Made by a program: the position numbers and the translations under genes. From positions 352,001 through 416,000 of the forward strand of contig JAULAX010000017.1 of NCBI GenBank assembly GCA_032654565.1: a stretch of DNA of 64,000 nucleotides, given 5' to 3'. Source of the stretch: Anaeromyxobacteraceae bacterium (GTDB taxonomy: Bacteria > Myxococcota > Myxococcia > Myxococcales > Anaeromyxobacteraceae). The notes beneath the pieces are model-generated. The model ran no database searches. It worked only from the letters and a program-made list of their open reading frames with translations, and was not told the DNA's origin. Of the stretch, positions 43,047-54,946 are shown piece by piece (positions within the stretch are counted from its first letter, which is position 1; the number at the start of each line of letters is the position of its first letter).

Positions 43047-43430
43047 TCACGCCCCCTCCAGCACCACCACCGCTGCGGCCACGCCGCCGTCGTGGGTGAG
43101 GGTGAGGTGGATGCGGGTGACGCCGAGCCGCTTGCCGGCGGCGGCCGCCTTGGCCGAGATGGCCAGGGTCGGGGCCCGCCCCTCGGCGCGGGTCACCTCC
43201 AGGTCCTGCCAGCTCACCCCGCGCGGCGCCCCCAGCGCCTTCACCGCCGCCTCCTTGGCGGCAAAGCGGGCGGCGTAGCCGGAGGCGCGGTCCCGCCTCG
43301 CCTCGCAGAAGGCCCGCTCGCCGGGGGTGAAGCAGCGGGCCAGGAACCGCTCGGCGCGGTCCGGCGGGCCGTCGAGGAGCCGGGCGATCCGCCCCACCTC
43401 GACCACGTCCATGCCCAGCCCGAGGATCAC
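43047..43430 (-). CDS. acpS: Holo-ACP synthase
   Basis: GLGMDVV, RFAAKEA and LTHD motifs. Confidence 0.93.
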   Translation of the reverse strand: MILGLGMDVVEVGRIARLLDGPPDRAERFLARCFTPGERAFCEARRDRASGYAARFAAKEAAVKALGAPRGVSWQDLEVTRAEGRAPTLAISAKAAAAGKRLGVTRIHLTLTHDGGVAAAVVVLEGA

Positions 43431-44155
43431 GACCGGGCCTTCTGGAGGAGCTCCTTCATCTCGCGCACCGCCCGCTCCATCCCCACCAGCACGGCGCGGG
43501 CCACGATGGCGTGGCCGATGTTGAGCTCCTCGATCTCGCCGATGGCGGCCACCGGCAGCACGTTCTGGTAGTTGAGCCCGTGGCCGGCGGCCACCTGCAG
43601 CCCCAGCTTGGCGGCCGCCTTGCAGCAGTCCACCAGCCGGGCCAGCTCCTTGCGCCGGTCGCTGGCCAGCCGGGCGTCGCAGTAGCGGCCGGTGTGGAAC
43701 TCCACGGTGTTGGCCTCGACCCGGTGGGCCGACTTCACCTGGTCGAGCTCCGGGTCGATGAAGAGCGAGACCTCGATGTCGGCGTCGCGCAGGTTCTTCA
43801 CCACCCGCCGCACCTGGTCGCGGGCCCCCACGGCGTCGAGGCCGCCCTCGGTGGTCAGCTCCTCGCGCCGCTCCGGCACCAGGGTGACGATGTCCGGCTT
43901 CACCTCGTAGGCGATCTTGACCATCTCCTGGGCGGCCGCCATCTCCAGGTTGAGCCGGGTGGTCACGGTCTTGCGCAGCACCAGCAGGTCCCGGTCCTGG
44001 ATGTGGCGCCGGTCCTCGCGCAGGTGGATGGTGATCTGGTCGGCGCCGGCCAGCTCGGCCAGCGCCGCGGCGGTCACCGGGTCGGGGTAGGTGGCGCGCC
44101 GCGCCTGGCGCAGCGTGGCCACGTGATCGACGTTGACTCCGAGGCGTGCGGACAT
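43427..44155 (-). CDS. pdxJ: Pyridoxine 5'-phosphate synthase
   Basis: [29 protein letters not shown] and AGHGL motifs. Confidence 0.96.
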   Translation of the reverse strand: MSARLGVNVDHVATLRQARRATYPDPVTAAALAELAGADQITIHLREDRRHIQDRDLLVLRKTVTTRLNLEMAAAQEMVKIAYEVKPDIVTLVPERREELTTEGGLDAVGARDQVRRVVKNLRDADIEVSLFIDPELDQVKSAHRVEANTVEFHTGRYCDARLASDRRKELARLVDCCKAAAKLGLQVAAGHGLNYQNVLPVAAIGEIEELNIGHAIVARAVLVGMERAVREMKELLQKARS

Positions 44156-44172
44156 GGCCGGACTCTACCGCG

Positions 44173-45573
44173 TCAGCCCAGCGCGCGCCTGATCTCGTCG
44201 GCGATCTGGTCGGCCCAGGCCTTGACCTTCTTCTGCTCCGGCCCCTCCACCAGCACCCGCAGCTTGTTCTCGGTCCCCGAGGGCCGGACCAGCACCCGGC
44301 CGTCCGCGCCCAGCGCCTTCTCCACCGCGGCGATGGCGGCGGTCACCTTGGGCAGCTGGGCCAGCGGCCGCTTCTCGCGCACCGCCACGTTGACCAGCAC
44401 CTGCGGGAAGGGCTTGAAGCAGGCGGCCAGCCGGGAGAGCGGCTTCCCCTCCCGCTTCATCACCGCCAGCACGTTGAGCGCCGCCGCCACCCCGTCGCCG
44501 GTGGTGACGTGGTCCAGGAAGATGAGGTGGCCCGACTGCTCGCCGCCGAAGTTGTAGCCGTGGCGGCGCATGGCCTCGACCACCGCCCGGTCGCCCACCG
44601 CCGTCCGCACCACCTTGCCCCCCAGTGGCCGCAGCGCCGCCTCCAGGCCGAGGTTGGACATCACCGTGGCCACCACCGTCTTCTTGGCCAGCTGCCTGCT
44701 CGCCAGCATGGCCCGCCCCACCAGGGCCATGATGGCGTCGCCGTCCACCACCCGCCCCTGCTCGTCGGCGAGGATGACCCGGTCGGCGTCGCCGTCCAGC
44801 GCCAGCCCGAGGTGGGCCCGGTGGCGCTGGATGACCCGGGCCATCCCCTCGGGGTGGACCGCCCCGCACTTGCGGTTGATGTTCCGGCCGTCGGGGGCGA
44901 CGTTGATGGCCACCACCTTGGCGCCCAGCTCCTCGAAGACCGCCGGCGCCACCTTGTGGGCGGCCCCGTGGCCGCAGTCGACCACCACGGTGAGGCCGTC
45001 GAGGGTCAGGTCCCTGGGGAAGAGCGACTTCAGGAAGACCACGTAGCGGCCGATGGCGTCGTCGACCCGCTTCGCCTTGCCGATGCGGTTGGCGGTGGGG
45101 CGCAGGCCGTGGAAGTCGGCGTCCCCGGGGGCGGCGCCGTCGAGCACCAGCGACTCGATGCGCAGCTCGGTCTCGTCGGGCAGCTTGAAGCCGTCGCGGG
45201 AGAAGAACTTGATGCCGTTGTCCTGGTAGGGGTTGTGGCTGGCGCTGATCACCACGCCGGCGTCGGCGCGCATCGACTCGGTGAGGAAGGCGATGCCCGG
45301 GGTCGGCAGCGGCCCGGTCAGCATCACGTCCACGCCCATGGAGCAGATGCCCGAGGCGATGGCCTGCTCCAGCATGTAGCCGGAGAGGCGGGTGTCCTTG
45401 CCGATGACGATGCGGTGGCGGTGCGGCCCGGAGCGGACCACGTGGGCCAGGGCCCGCCCGAGCTGGAGCGCCATCTCGGCGGTCATGGGGTAGACGTTGG
45501 CGACGCCGCGGACGCCGTCGGTGCCGAAGAGGAGGCGGGTGGCGGGGGCGGCCTTGCTGGTGGTCGAGGTCAT
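44173..45573 (-). CDS. glmM: Phosphoglucosamine mutase
   Basis: [27 protein letters not shown] and RPSGTE motifs. Confidence 0.96.
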   Translation of the reverse strand: MTSTTSKAAPATRLLFGTDGVRGVANVYPMTAEMALQLGRALAHVVRSGPHRHRIVIGKDTRLSGYMLEQAIASGICSMGVDVMLTGPLPTPGIAFLTESMRADAGVVISASHNPYQDNGIKFFSRDGFKLPDETELRIESLVLDGAAPGDADFHGLRPTANRIGKAKRVDDAIGRYVVFLKSLFPRDLTLDGLTVVVDCGHGAAHKVAPAVFEELGAKVVAINVAPDGRNINRKCGAVHPEGMARVIQRHRAHLGLALDGDADRVILADEQGRVVDGDAIMALVGRAMLASRQLAKKTVVATVMSNLGLEAALRPLGGKVVRTAVGDRAVVEAMRRHGYNFGGEQSGHLIFLDHVTTGDGVAAALNVLAVMKREGKPLSRLAACFKPFPQVLVNVAVREKRPLAQLPKVTAAIAAVEKALGADGRVLVRPSGTENKLRVLVEGPEQKKVKAWADQIADEIRRALG

Positions 45574-45585
45574 GGCGGGCGGATG

Positions 45586-46431
45586 CTACCGCACGCCCGC
45601 CGAACCGCCAGCGTTCCGCAGCGCCTGCGCCACCAGGGCCGCCTGCCGGGCCGCCGCCACGTCGTGGACCCGGATGAACTCCACACCGGAGAGGACGCAG
45701 GCGGTGACCGCCGCCAGGGTCCCGGGGAGGCGCGCCTCGACGGGGGCCCCGGTCAGCTCCCCGATGAACCGCTTGCGCGACGGACCCACCAGCAGGGGCC
45801 GGCCCAGCGCCCGGAGCTCGCCGACCCGGGCCAGCAGCTCCACCGTCTGGGCCGGGGTCTTGGCGAAGCCGAGCCCGGGATCGAGGATCACCGATCCCTC
45901 CGGGATCCCGGCCGCCGCGGCCCGCGCCAGCCCTCCCCGCAGCTCGGCCGCCACCTCGCCGAGCAGGTCGGTGTAGCTGGCCAGCCCCGCCATCTGCGCC
46001 GGCGTGCCCCGGGTGTGCATCACCACCACCGGGACGCCGGCCGCCGCCACCGCCGCCGCCAGCGCCGGGTCGACCAGGCCGGTGACGTCGTTGACCAGGT
46101 CGGCGCCGGCCTGCAGCGCCGCCCGGGCCACCTCCCCCTTGCTGGTGTCGATGGAGATGGGGAGGCGGAAGCCGCGGGCCCGGAGCCGCTCGATGACCGG
46201 CACCACCCGCCGCCGCTCCTCGTCGGGGCCCACCGGCGCCGCCCCCGGGCGGGTCGACTCGCCGCCCAGGTCCACGAGGTCCGCACCCTCGCCGGCCAGC
46301 CGCTCGGCCTGGGCCACGGCCTCGTCGAGGGAGAGGAAGCGGCCGCCGTCGGAGAAGGAGTCCGGGGTGGCGTTGACCACCCCCATGAGGAAGGGGCCGG
46401 GCCCGTCGAAGAGCCTGGCCCCGATCTGCAT
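45586..46431 (-). CDS. folP: Dihydropteroate synthase
   Basis: MGVVNATPDSFSDGG, GGESTRPG, DPGLGF, SRK and RVHDV motifs. Confidence 0.95.
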   Translation of the reverse strand: MQIGARLFDGPGPFLMGVVNATPDSFSDGGRFLSLDEAVAQAERLAGEGADLVDLGGESTRPGAAPVGPDEERRRVVPVIERLRARGFRLPISIDTSKGEVARAALQAGADLVNDVTGLVDPALAAAVAAAGVPVVVMHTRGTPAQMAGLASYTDLLGEVAAELRGGLARAAAAGIPEGSVILDPGLGFAKTPAQTVELLARVGELRALGRPLLVGPSRKRFIGELTGAPVEARLPGTLAAVTACVLSGVEFIRVHDVAAARQAALVAQALRNAGGSAGVR

Positions 46432-46460
46432 CCTCACCTCGAACCTCCGCCGGGCCGGGG

Positions 46461-48356
<1,896 letters not shown>

Positions 48357-48433
48357 GGCTCGATGACTCCCGACGGCGAGGGTACGCCGGCCCGGTGGTT
48401 ATAGCAGCCCGAGCCGCGGGGCGCAGCGGAGCT

Positions 48434-49771
48434 TCACCGGAGCGGCTCGACCCGGAGGACCAGCCCGGCCGCCCCCTCGGCGAGCGCGCCGAGCTCGGGG
48501 ATGGCGAGCACCCGGGCCGCCCCGTCGGTGACCAGCAGCAGCAGGTCGCGGCGCGCCCGCGCCACCTTGCGGTCGATGAGCCAGGCCTTGAGCGACTTGC
48601 TCCCGCGCCCACCGGCCGGGCGGAAGCGATCGCCGGCGCGGCGGGTGCGCGCCTCCAGCGGCCAGGCCACCGCGGCGCCCGCTGCCGCCACCACCAGCAC
48701 CAGCCCCAGCGCCGCCACCGGGAAGCGACCCGGCCCGGGGAGCCTGATCGGGGGCGGCGGCTCGGCGCGCCCCGTCTCGGGTGCGCGCCGGCGCGCAGTG
48801 GTCCGGGCCACCGTGAGCTTCCCGTCGCGCCGGCGGGCGACCAGCCCGGCGCGCAGCTCCACCTGCCGGTCCCCCTCCCCGACCAGCAGCGCCAGCGCCC
48901 GCTCCACGTGCGCCGCCTCGGGGACCGCCCCCCGCCCGCCGGCCAGGAGCGCCAGGCGGCGGATCACCCGCCGGCTCACCGCCGGCGAGAGGCGGCGGAG
49001 CCGGTCCACCGACACCTCCGGCGATGCTCCGAGCACGGCGCGGGCCCGCGCCGCCAGCGCCCGCTCGTCGTCCCGCAGCAGGTCGGCGGTCCGGGCCAGC
49101 GCCACCTCCAGGGACGGGTTGAGCTCCAGCAGGCGCGGCCAGAGCTCCAGCCGGAGCCGGTTGCGGGTGTAGCGCGGGGTGGCGTTGGACGGGTCGGTGG
49201 CCCACGCCAGCCCTCGCCGCGCCAGCCACGCCAGCCCCTCCTCCCGCGCCCGGTCGATGAGCGGGCGGATCACCGGCCCCCGCCGCGGCGGGATGGCCGC
49301 CAGCCCGCGGGCCCCGGCCCCGCGCAGCAGGCGGAGCAGCACCGTCTCCGCCTGGTCGGTCCTGGTGTGGCCGGTGGCGACGCGGACGGCGCCGACCCGG
49401 GCCGCCTCGGCGCGCAGCGCCGCGTAGCGGGCCCGCCGCGCCGCCGCCTGGACGTTCCCCGCGCCCACCTGCACCCGCACCTCGCGCAGCGGGACGCCCA
49501 GCGCGAGGCAGGCGGCGCGCGCCACCTCGGCCTCCTCCTCCACCCCGGCGCGCAGGCCGTGGTCGACGAAGAGGGCGTGCACCTCCCCCACCGCGCCGGC
49601 GTCGCGCAGGGCCGCCAGCGCCGCCACCAGCGCCGTCGAGTCGGGGCCGGCCGAGAGCGCCACCAGCACCGACTCGCCGGGGGCCAGCAGACCGCGCCCC
49701 CGGAGCGTGGCCAGCACCGCGGCCGGGTACGGGTCGAGCCGGGGGCGGCGCGGAGGGCGAGCCCGGGTCAT
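48434..49771 (-). CDS. tilS: tRNA(Ile)-lysidine synthetase
   Basis: SAGPDS, DHGLR, GHTRTDQAET and DPSN...RNRLR motifs; lies upstream of ftsH. Confidence 0.93.
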   Translation of the reverse strand: MTRARPPRRPRLDPYPAAVLATLRGRGLLAPGESVLVALSAGPDSTALVAALAALRDAGAVGEVHALFVDHGLRAGVEEEAEVARAACLALGVPLREVRVQVGAGNVQAAARRARYAALRAEAARVGAVRVATGHTRTDQAETVLLRLLRGAGARGLAAIPPRRGPVIRPLIDRAREEGLAWLARRGLAWATDPSNATPRYTRNRLRLELWPRLLELNPSLEVALARTADLLRDDERALAARARAVLGASPEVSVDRLRRLSPAVSRRVIRRLALLAGGRGAVPEAAHVERALALLVGEGDRQVELRAGLVARRRDGKLTVARTTARRRAPETGRAEPPPPIRLPGPGRFPVAALGLVLVVAAAGAAVAWPLEARTRRAGDRFRPAGGRGSKSLKAWLIDRKVARARRDLLLLVTDGAARVLAIPELGALAEGAAGLVLRVEPLR

Positions 49772-49953
49772 CTGTGGCCGGCTCCCGGGCCGCTCGGACC
49801 GACCCTGGGGCCGCGCCGGATCCGGGCCCTGGTCCGGTCATTTCCGGCGGTAACCTCGCAGAACCACGATGGCCGCCGAGCCGGCCGCCAGCCCGTGGAG
49901 GGGCCCCGGTGGGAGGCTCGAATCACGCGGAACAACAAAAGGATGGGAACCCG

Positions 49954-49982
49954 TTGTCCCGCGGTCGCGGGAGGGGTAGATT
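49954..49982 (+). promoter_or_regulatory. Sigma70 promoter of the candidate sRNA
   Basis: TTGTCC-17 bp-TAGATT, with an A-rich tract at 49931..49940. Confidence 0.6.
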
Positions 49983-49988
49983 CCTGCC

Positions 49989-50063
49989 GGTAGGGCTCGG
50001 GGGTCCCCCCCCTCCCCCTCTGGGCCCACAGGGAGTCGGCAGCGATGCCGGCTCTCTTTTTTT
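49989..50063 (+). ncRNA. Candidate small RNA with C-rich loop and intrinsic terminator
   Basis: 11-bp stem with UCCCCCCCCUCCC loop, then 11-bp stem with GCGA tetraloop and T7; no ORF. Confidence 0.6.
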
Positions 50064-50109
50064 GGCCGTTCACCGAGCGCCGGGGCTCACCACCGGGGCA
50101 CCGCCATTC

Positions 50110-50138
50110 TTGACCGTGTGGAAGTGCCATCGTACAAG
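50110..50138 (+). promoter_or_regulatory. Sigma70 promoter of the small RHH-like gene
   Basis: TTGACC-17 bp-TACAAG. Confidence 0.55.
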
Positions 50139-50174
50139 TACCTCTCTTTCCCCACAGTCCCAGATGGAGCGACG

Positions 50175-50387
50175 ATGTCAGGCACCGACAAGCGCAAGCA
50201 GTCACTCTACTTCCCCGAGGACATGCTGAACGAGATCCAGATCGAAGCCAACCGGCAGGATCGGTCGCTCTCCTGGATCGTCCAGCAGGCCTGGCGGATC
50301 GCCCGGGGCGAGATCATGCGGTTCCCTTCGGTCAACGACGTCCTCTCCGGCGTGGCCCGCGAGGACGACCGGGAGCTGAAGCCCTAG
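50175..50387 (+). CDS. Small myxobacterial RHH-like protein (TIGR04563, MXAN_4361/4362-type)
   Basis: TDKRKQSLYFPEDML..I..EA.RQDRSLSWIVQQAW signature; GGAG ribosome-binding site. Confidence 0.85.
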   Translation: MSGTDKRKQSLYFPEDMLNEIQIEANRQDRSLSWIVQQAWRIARGEIMRFPSVNDVLSGVAREDDRELKP

Positions 50388-50531
50388 CCGGCCCGGCACC
50401 GTCCGGTCTCGCGTCGCGCCCGGTCGGGTCTCCCGTCCGGGCGTTGTCGTTTCTCCTGCGGTAGACTGCGCGGACGATGCCCCAAGAACGACCCGAACGA
50501 CCGCGAACCGGCACTCACCGAGCCGGGCGGC

Positions 50532-51752
50532 GTGCCGGACGACCCGAACGGCTACGAGCCGCCCCCCGAGTTCGACCAGCCTCGGACGTCGCGCGGCCAC
50601 GCCACCGCCGACGACCTCTCCGAGGCCGGCGGCCGACCCCCGCCTCCGCCCCGCCGCCCGGTCGGGCTGCGGCTCGCCCTGGTGGTCGTGCCCGTGCTGC
50701 TGGTCGGCGCCGCCCTGCTCGGCTACCGCGCCTGGCACCGCGCCAAGGTGCTGGCCGAGGGGACGGTGGTCGCCGAGGCGGCGCTGCGGCTCGACACCGC
50801 TGCCGGGTACCGCGCCGCCGCCGACACCCTCGAGCCGCTGGCCCGGCTCGACCCCAGGGACGCCGCCTCGATGCGGGCCTTCGCCCTGGCCATGCTGGCC
50901 AGCGACTACCGGGAGACCGACCTGGGGAGCGAGGCCGAGGCGCTGATCGCCGCGCCGGGGCGCGCCGAGCGGGTGCCGCCCTACGCCGACCTGGCCGCCG
51001 CCGCCCTCTACCTGGGTCGCGGCGCGGTGGGCGACGCCGCCACCTACGCCGGCCGGGCCGGCGACACGCCCTGGGCGGGCGCGCTCCTGGCTCGCCTGGC
51101 CCTCCAGGCCGGCAACCCGGAGGCGGCCTTCGAGCCGCTGCGCAGGTCGCTCTCCGCCGACCCGAAGCTGGCCTCGTCGCTGGCCATGCAGGGCGACCTG
51201 GCCCGCCGGGTGCTCCACGACGTGCACGCCGCCCGGACCGCCTACGCCGCCGCCCTGGCCTCCTCCCGCACCCACCCGCGCGCCACCTACGGCCTCGCCA
51301 AGCTGGCGCTGGCCTCGCAGATCCCCCTCAACGAGGCCATCCTGCCGCTCCGCGCCCTGCTCCACGACACCCAGGCCACCCCGTCGAACGAGCGGGCCCG
51401 CGCCGCGCTCCACCTGGCGGCGCTGGAGCTGCGCGCCGGCGACCGGACCGCGGCCTCCGCCACGCTCGACGCCGTGGAGGGGCTGGACCGTCCGGCCCGG
51501 GCCTGGGCCGAGGTGGCGGTGCTGGTCGCCGCCGCCGACCGGAAGGGCTACCGGGCGGTCAAGGGGCCGCCGGCCCGCTTCATCACCGCCAGTGACGATG
51601 ATCCGCTGGAGGCCGCGGCCATCGATCCCACGCCGCCGCCACCGCCGCCGCACAAGGCCACCCCCAGGCCGGCCCCCAGGCCGGTCAAGAAGGCCCTGCC
51701 GCCGGCCAAGAAGCCGCCGGTCAAGAAGGCGCCGGTCCGCACCAGCCCGTAG
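50532..51752 (+). CDS. Membrane-anchored TPR-like protein with Pro/Lys-rich tail; start uncertain
   Basis: One TM helix, helical Ala-rich repeats, GC-rich third codon positions. Confidence 0.7.
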   Translation: MPDDPNGYEPPPEFDQPRTSRGHATADDLSEAGGRPPPPPRRPVGLRLALVVVPVLLVGAALLGYRAWHRAKVLAEGTVVAEAALRLDTAAGYRAAADTLEPLARLDPRDAASMRAFALAMLASDYRETDLGSEAEALIAAPGRAERVPPYADLAAAALYLGRGAVGDAATYAGRAGDTPWAGALLARLALQAGNPEAAFEPLRRSLSADPKLASSLAMQGDLARRVLHDVHAARTAYAAALASSRTHPRATYGLAKLALASQIPLNEAILPLRALLHDTQATPSNERARAALHLAALELRAGDRTAASATLDAVEGLDRPARAWAEVAVLVAAADRKGYRAVKGPPARFITASDDDPLEAAAIDPTPPPPPPHKATPRPAPRPVKKALPPAKKPPVKKAPVRTSP

Positions 51753-51813
51753 CGGCAGGAGCCCGTAGCGCCAGGAGCCCGGGGCCCCCGGTCCGGGCCG
51801 CCAGCTCCGCCGC

Positions 51814-51920
51814 TGCTCGATCCGGCGGCAGCCCGCTGCCGCAGCATGGAGCAGCCCCGCGAGGGGCGCCGCGGAACCACTGGGGTTCTCCCCTGCCGTG
51901 TGCCCGGCATGCAGGCTGCA
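51814..51920 (+). promoter_or_regulatory. Sigma54 promoter with tandem NtrC-type enhancer sites (amtB)
   Basis: TGC-N11-GCA at 51814 and 51837; CGGCATGCAGGCTGCA (GG-N10-GC) at 51905..51920. Confidence 0.7.
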
Positions 51921-51964
51921 CGGGGGACGGGCAGCTGCCCACCGCCCGTTCACCTGGAGGACTC

Positions 51965-53275
51965 GTGAGACTGCTCACCGCCGCGCTCGCCCTCGCCGCA
52001 CCCGCACTGGCCGTCGCCGCCGACGGCCTCGACACCGGGGACACCGCCTTCGTCCTCTTCAGCGCCGCCCTGGTGCTGCTGATGACGCCGGGGCTGGCCT
52101 TCTTCTACGGAGGGCTGGTGCGGGCCAAGAACGTGGTCCACACCATGAACATGTCGCTGGTCTGCATGGCCTTCGTCGGCGTGCTCTGGGCGCTGGTCGG
52201 CTACAGCGTCGCCTTCTCCCCGGGCGGCGCCCTCGACCGGTTCGTCGGCGGCCTGGCCTGGGTCGGCCTCGCCGGCGTCGGCGCCCGCCCCGAGGCCTCG
52301 CTGGCCGCCACCGTGCCCCACGGCGCCTTCATGCTCTTCCAGGCCATGTTCGCCGTCATCACCCCGGCGCTGATCTCCGGGGCCCTGGTGGAGCGGGTGC
52401 GGCTCAAGGCCTTCATCCTCTTCGTGATCCCCTGGAGCCTGGTGGTCTACGCCCCGGTGGCCCACTGGGTCTGGGCGCCGGGCGGCTGGCTGCGCGGGCT
52501 GGGGGCGCTCGACTTCGCCGGCGGCACCGTGGTGCACATCAACGCCGCCGCCGCCGCGGTGGTGGGGGCCGCCCTGCTCGGGAAGCGACGCGGCCTCAAG
52601 GCCCCCACGGTGATGCCGCACAACGTCCCCTTCGCCATCCTCGGCGCCGGCCTGCTCTGGTTCGGCTGGCTCGGGTTCAACGGCGGCAGCGCCCTCTCCG
52701 CCAACGGCCTGGCCGCCCACGCCTTCGCCAACACCTTCTTCGCCCCGGCCGCGGCGGCGGCCGCCTGGGTGCTCATCGAGCTGACGCTGCACGGCAAGGT
52801 CTCCGGCGTCGGCCTGGCGTCGGGCGCGGTGGCCGGCATGGTGGCCATCACCCCGGCGGCCGGCTACGTCACCCCGCTCTCGGCGCTGCTCATCGGCGCC
52901 GCGGCCGCCGTGGCCTCCTTCACCGCGGTGCGCTACCGCCCCCGGCTCGGGCTCGACGACTCGCTCGACGTCTTCGCCGTCCACGGCGTCGCCGCCACGC
53001 TGGGCGCCCTGCTCACCGGGGTGCTGGCCAGCCGGGCCATCAACCCCGACGCCGCCGACGGCAGCCTGCGGCTGCTGGGGGTGCAGGCCCTGGGCGTCGC
53101 CGTCACCTTCGCCTGGTCGGGCGGCCTCTCCCTCCTGCTCTTCAAGCTGGTGGGGCTGGTCACGCCGCTGCGGGCCGACGAGCAGGACGAGTGGACCGGC
53201 CTCGACATGACCGACGCCGGCGAGCGGGCCTACGTCACCTCGGAGACCGAGTCGTCTCCGCACTCCGCGGGCTGA
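51965..53275 (+). CDS. amtB: Ammonium transporter
   Basis: MTPGLAFFYGG, DFAGGTVVH, WFGWLGFNGGS and DVFAVHG (twin His) motifs. Confidence 0.96.
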   Translation: MRLLTAALALAAPALAVAADGLDTGDTAFVLFSAALVLLMTPGLAFFYGGLVRAKNVVHTMNMSLVCMAFVGVLWALVGYSVAFSPGGALDRFVGGLAWVGLAGVGARPEASLAATVPHGAFMLFQAMFAVITPALISGALVERVRLKAFILFVIPWSLVVYAPVAHWVWAPGGWLRGLGALDFAGGTVVHINAAAAAVVGAALLGKRRGLKAPTVMPHNVPFAILGAGLLWFGWLGFNGGSALSANGLAAHAFANTFFAPAAAAAAWVLIELTLHGKVSGVGLASGAVAGMVAITPAAGYVTPLSALLIGAAAAVASFTAVRYRPRLGLDDSLDVFAVHGVAATLGALLTGVLASRAINPDAADGSLRLLGVQALGVAVTFAWSGGLSLLLFKLVGLVTPLRADEQDEWTGLDMTDAGERAYVTSETESSPHSAG

Positions 53276-53386
53276 GCGCCTGTGGGGAACTCCCCTCACG
53301 GGCGCTGAGCGCCCACCCGGGCCTTCGGGGCGCGTCCAGGGCCCGCTCCGCGGCGTCGGGGCGGGCTCGCCGCGCCTCGCCGGCGC

Positions 53387-53492
53387 TGCTCGCTGACCGC
53401 TCACGCCGCTGCCCATGGCCGGCGCAGCGCCGCCGCCCGGGGCGCGGAACCCTTGGAATCAGGGGGCTCCCGGCCTCGGCACGCACGCTGCA
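53387..53492 (+). promoter_or_regulatory. Second sigma54 promoter with NtrC-type sites
   Basis: Degenerate site at 53387; TGC-N11-GCA at 53410; CGGCACGCACGCTGCA at 53477..53492. Confidence 0.7.
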
Positions 53493-53544
53493 ATCCCCCC
53501 CGGTACGCACGCAGCACTCACGCGATCTCGGGAGGAGCACCACG

Positions 53545-54321
53545 ATGAAGCAGGCTCTCAAGGCGGCCGTTGCCGCAGCGGTCCTGGCGACCGCCACCGT
53601 CGCCTCGGCGACCCCGTCCACCGTCTACTGGACCCCGGCCACCACCTACACCCAGCCGTTCCTGGTGCCGCACCTGACCTACGACACCTACTTCGCCGAG
53701 GGGGGCCAGCTGCAGCCCACCTACGGCCTCACCATCGGCTTCCTGCCGTTTGACGCCGTCCAGGGCGAGGTGGGCTTCGACCTGCTGGTCCCGGGCCTGC
53801 ACAAGGACAACTTCTACCTGAACGGCAAGTTGACGCTGGTGGAGGGGGCCCTGGCCCCGTGGCAGCCGGGCGTCTCGCTCGGCATCCAGAGCGTCGGGTT
53901 CAAGAAGGACTACAGCGACTACAACCACCTGCACCTGTCCGTCGGCAAGACCTTTGGCTTCGGCACCGTGGCGGTGGGTGGCTACCGCGGCGGCAACAAG
54001 GTCCTCTACACCAGCAGCGCCGGCAAGGTGGAGCAGTCGGGCTTCATGGCCTCCTACACCAGCCCGGACATCAAGGTCGGCCTGCCCGGCCTCGACAAGG
54101 TCGTCCTGGCCGCCGACTACTCCAGCGGCAAGAACTTCTTCGGCGCCTACGGCGTCGGCGTCGGCTTCTACTTCACGCCGGCCATCGCCGTCCTCACCGG
54201 CCCGGTCATGTTCAACGACAAGGACCTGATGAAGGGGGCCTACGGCTCCAGCTTCATGTGGACCGTCCAGCTCGACGTCGACTTCGATCTGCGGACGCCG
54301 CCGCCGGCGCCCGCCAAGTAG
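53545..54321 (+). CDS. Exported hypothetical protein, probable outer-membrane beta-barrel
   Basis: Ala-rich signal peptide; aromatic/Gly-rich amphipathic strands; near-terminal VQLDVDF; GGAGG ribosome-binding site. Confidence 0.7.
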   Translation: MKQALKAAVAAAVLATATVASATPSTVYWTPATTYTQPFLVPHLTYDTYFAEGGQLQPTYGLTIGFLPFDAVQGEVGFDLLVPGLHKDNFYLNGKLTLVEGALAPWQPGVSLGIQSVGFKKDYSDYNHLHLSVGKTFGFGTVAVGGYRGGNKVLYTSSAGKVEQSGFMASYTSPDIKVGLPGLDKVVLAADYSSGKNFFGAYGVGVGFYFTPAIAVLTGPVMFNDKDLMKGAYGSSFMWTVQLDVDFDLRTPPPAPAK

Positions 54322-54343
54322 ACCAGCACAGCGCGGGGGCGCT

Positions 54344-54386
54344 TCGCGGGACGTCCGGGCGTTGGGCCCGGCGTCCCGCGATTTTT
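54344..54386 (+). terminator. Intrinsic terminator
   Basis: TCGCGGGACG...CGTCCCGCGA stem followed by TTTTT. Confidence 0.8.
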
Positions 54387-54414
54387 CATGGGGGCGGCCC
54401 GGGCCGCGGCGTCC

Positions 54415-54924
54415 TCAGGTCGCCAGCAGGCTGAGCACGGCGTCGATGACGAAGAACTCGAGCCGGTCCAGGTCGGCGCCCTTCAGGTCGACGAAGCGTC
54501 CCGCCACCCGGACCGAGCCGGCCAGCGGCTTGACGTCGGTGATGCTGGCGCGGCAGGCCAGGGGCTCTCCCCCCGGGACGCGGAGGGAGACTCCCACCAG
54601 CTCGCCCAGCATGGGCGGATGCGCCAGCATGGCGGAGAAGCCGCCGCTGGAGAGATCGAGCGTCACCGTCCGCTCGGTGGTCGCCCCCACCTTGAGCTCG
54701 ACCTGGATGGCCCGCGCCACCCGGAGGGCCCGCCGCGGCGTCTCCCCGGGCTTGAGGGTGAGCTTCTGGGCCGCCAGCATGGCGCGGGCCAGCTCCTCGC
54801 GCATCGCCTGGTAGCGGCTCTCCTCGCCGGGCCCCAGCGTCGCCTTGCGGGCCCGCTGGTGCAGCTCGCGGAAGGAGCGCACCCAGTCGGAGAAGCCGCC
54901 GACCCCCTCCCCGCCCACGGCCAT
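54415..54924 (-). CDS. PilZ-domain protein
   Basis: RRALR and DLSSGG motifs. Confidence 0.78.
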   Translation of the reverse strand: MAVGGEGVGGFSDWVRSFRELHQRARKATLGPGEESRYQAMREELARAMLAAQKLTLKPGETPRRALRVARAIQVELKVGATTERTVTLDLSSGGFSAMLAHPPMLGELVGVSLRVPGGEPLACRASITDVKPLAGSVRVAGRFVDLKGADLDRLEFFVIDAVLSLLAT

Positions 54925-54946
54925 CAGCGCCCCGACCCGTTCACGG

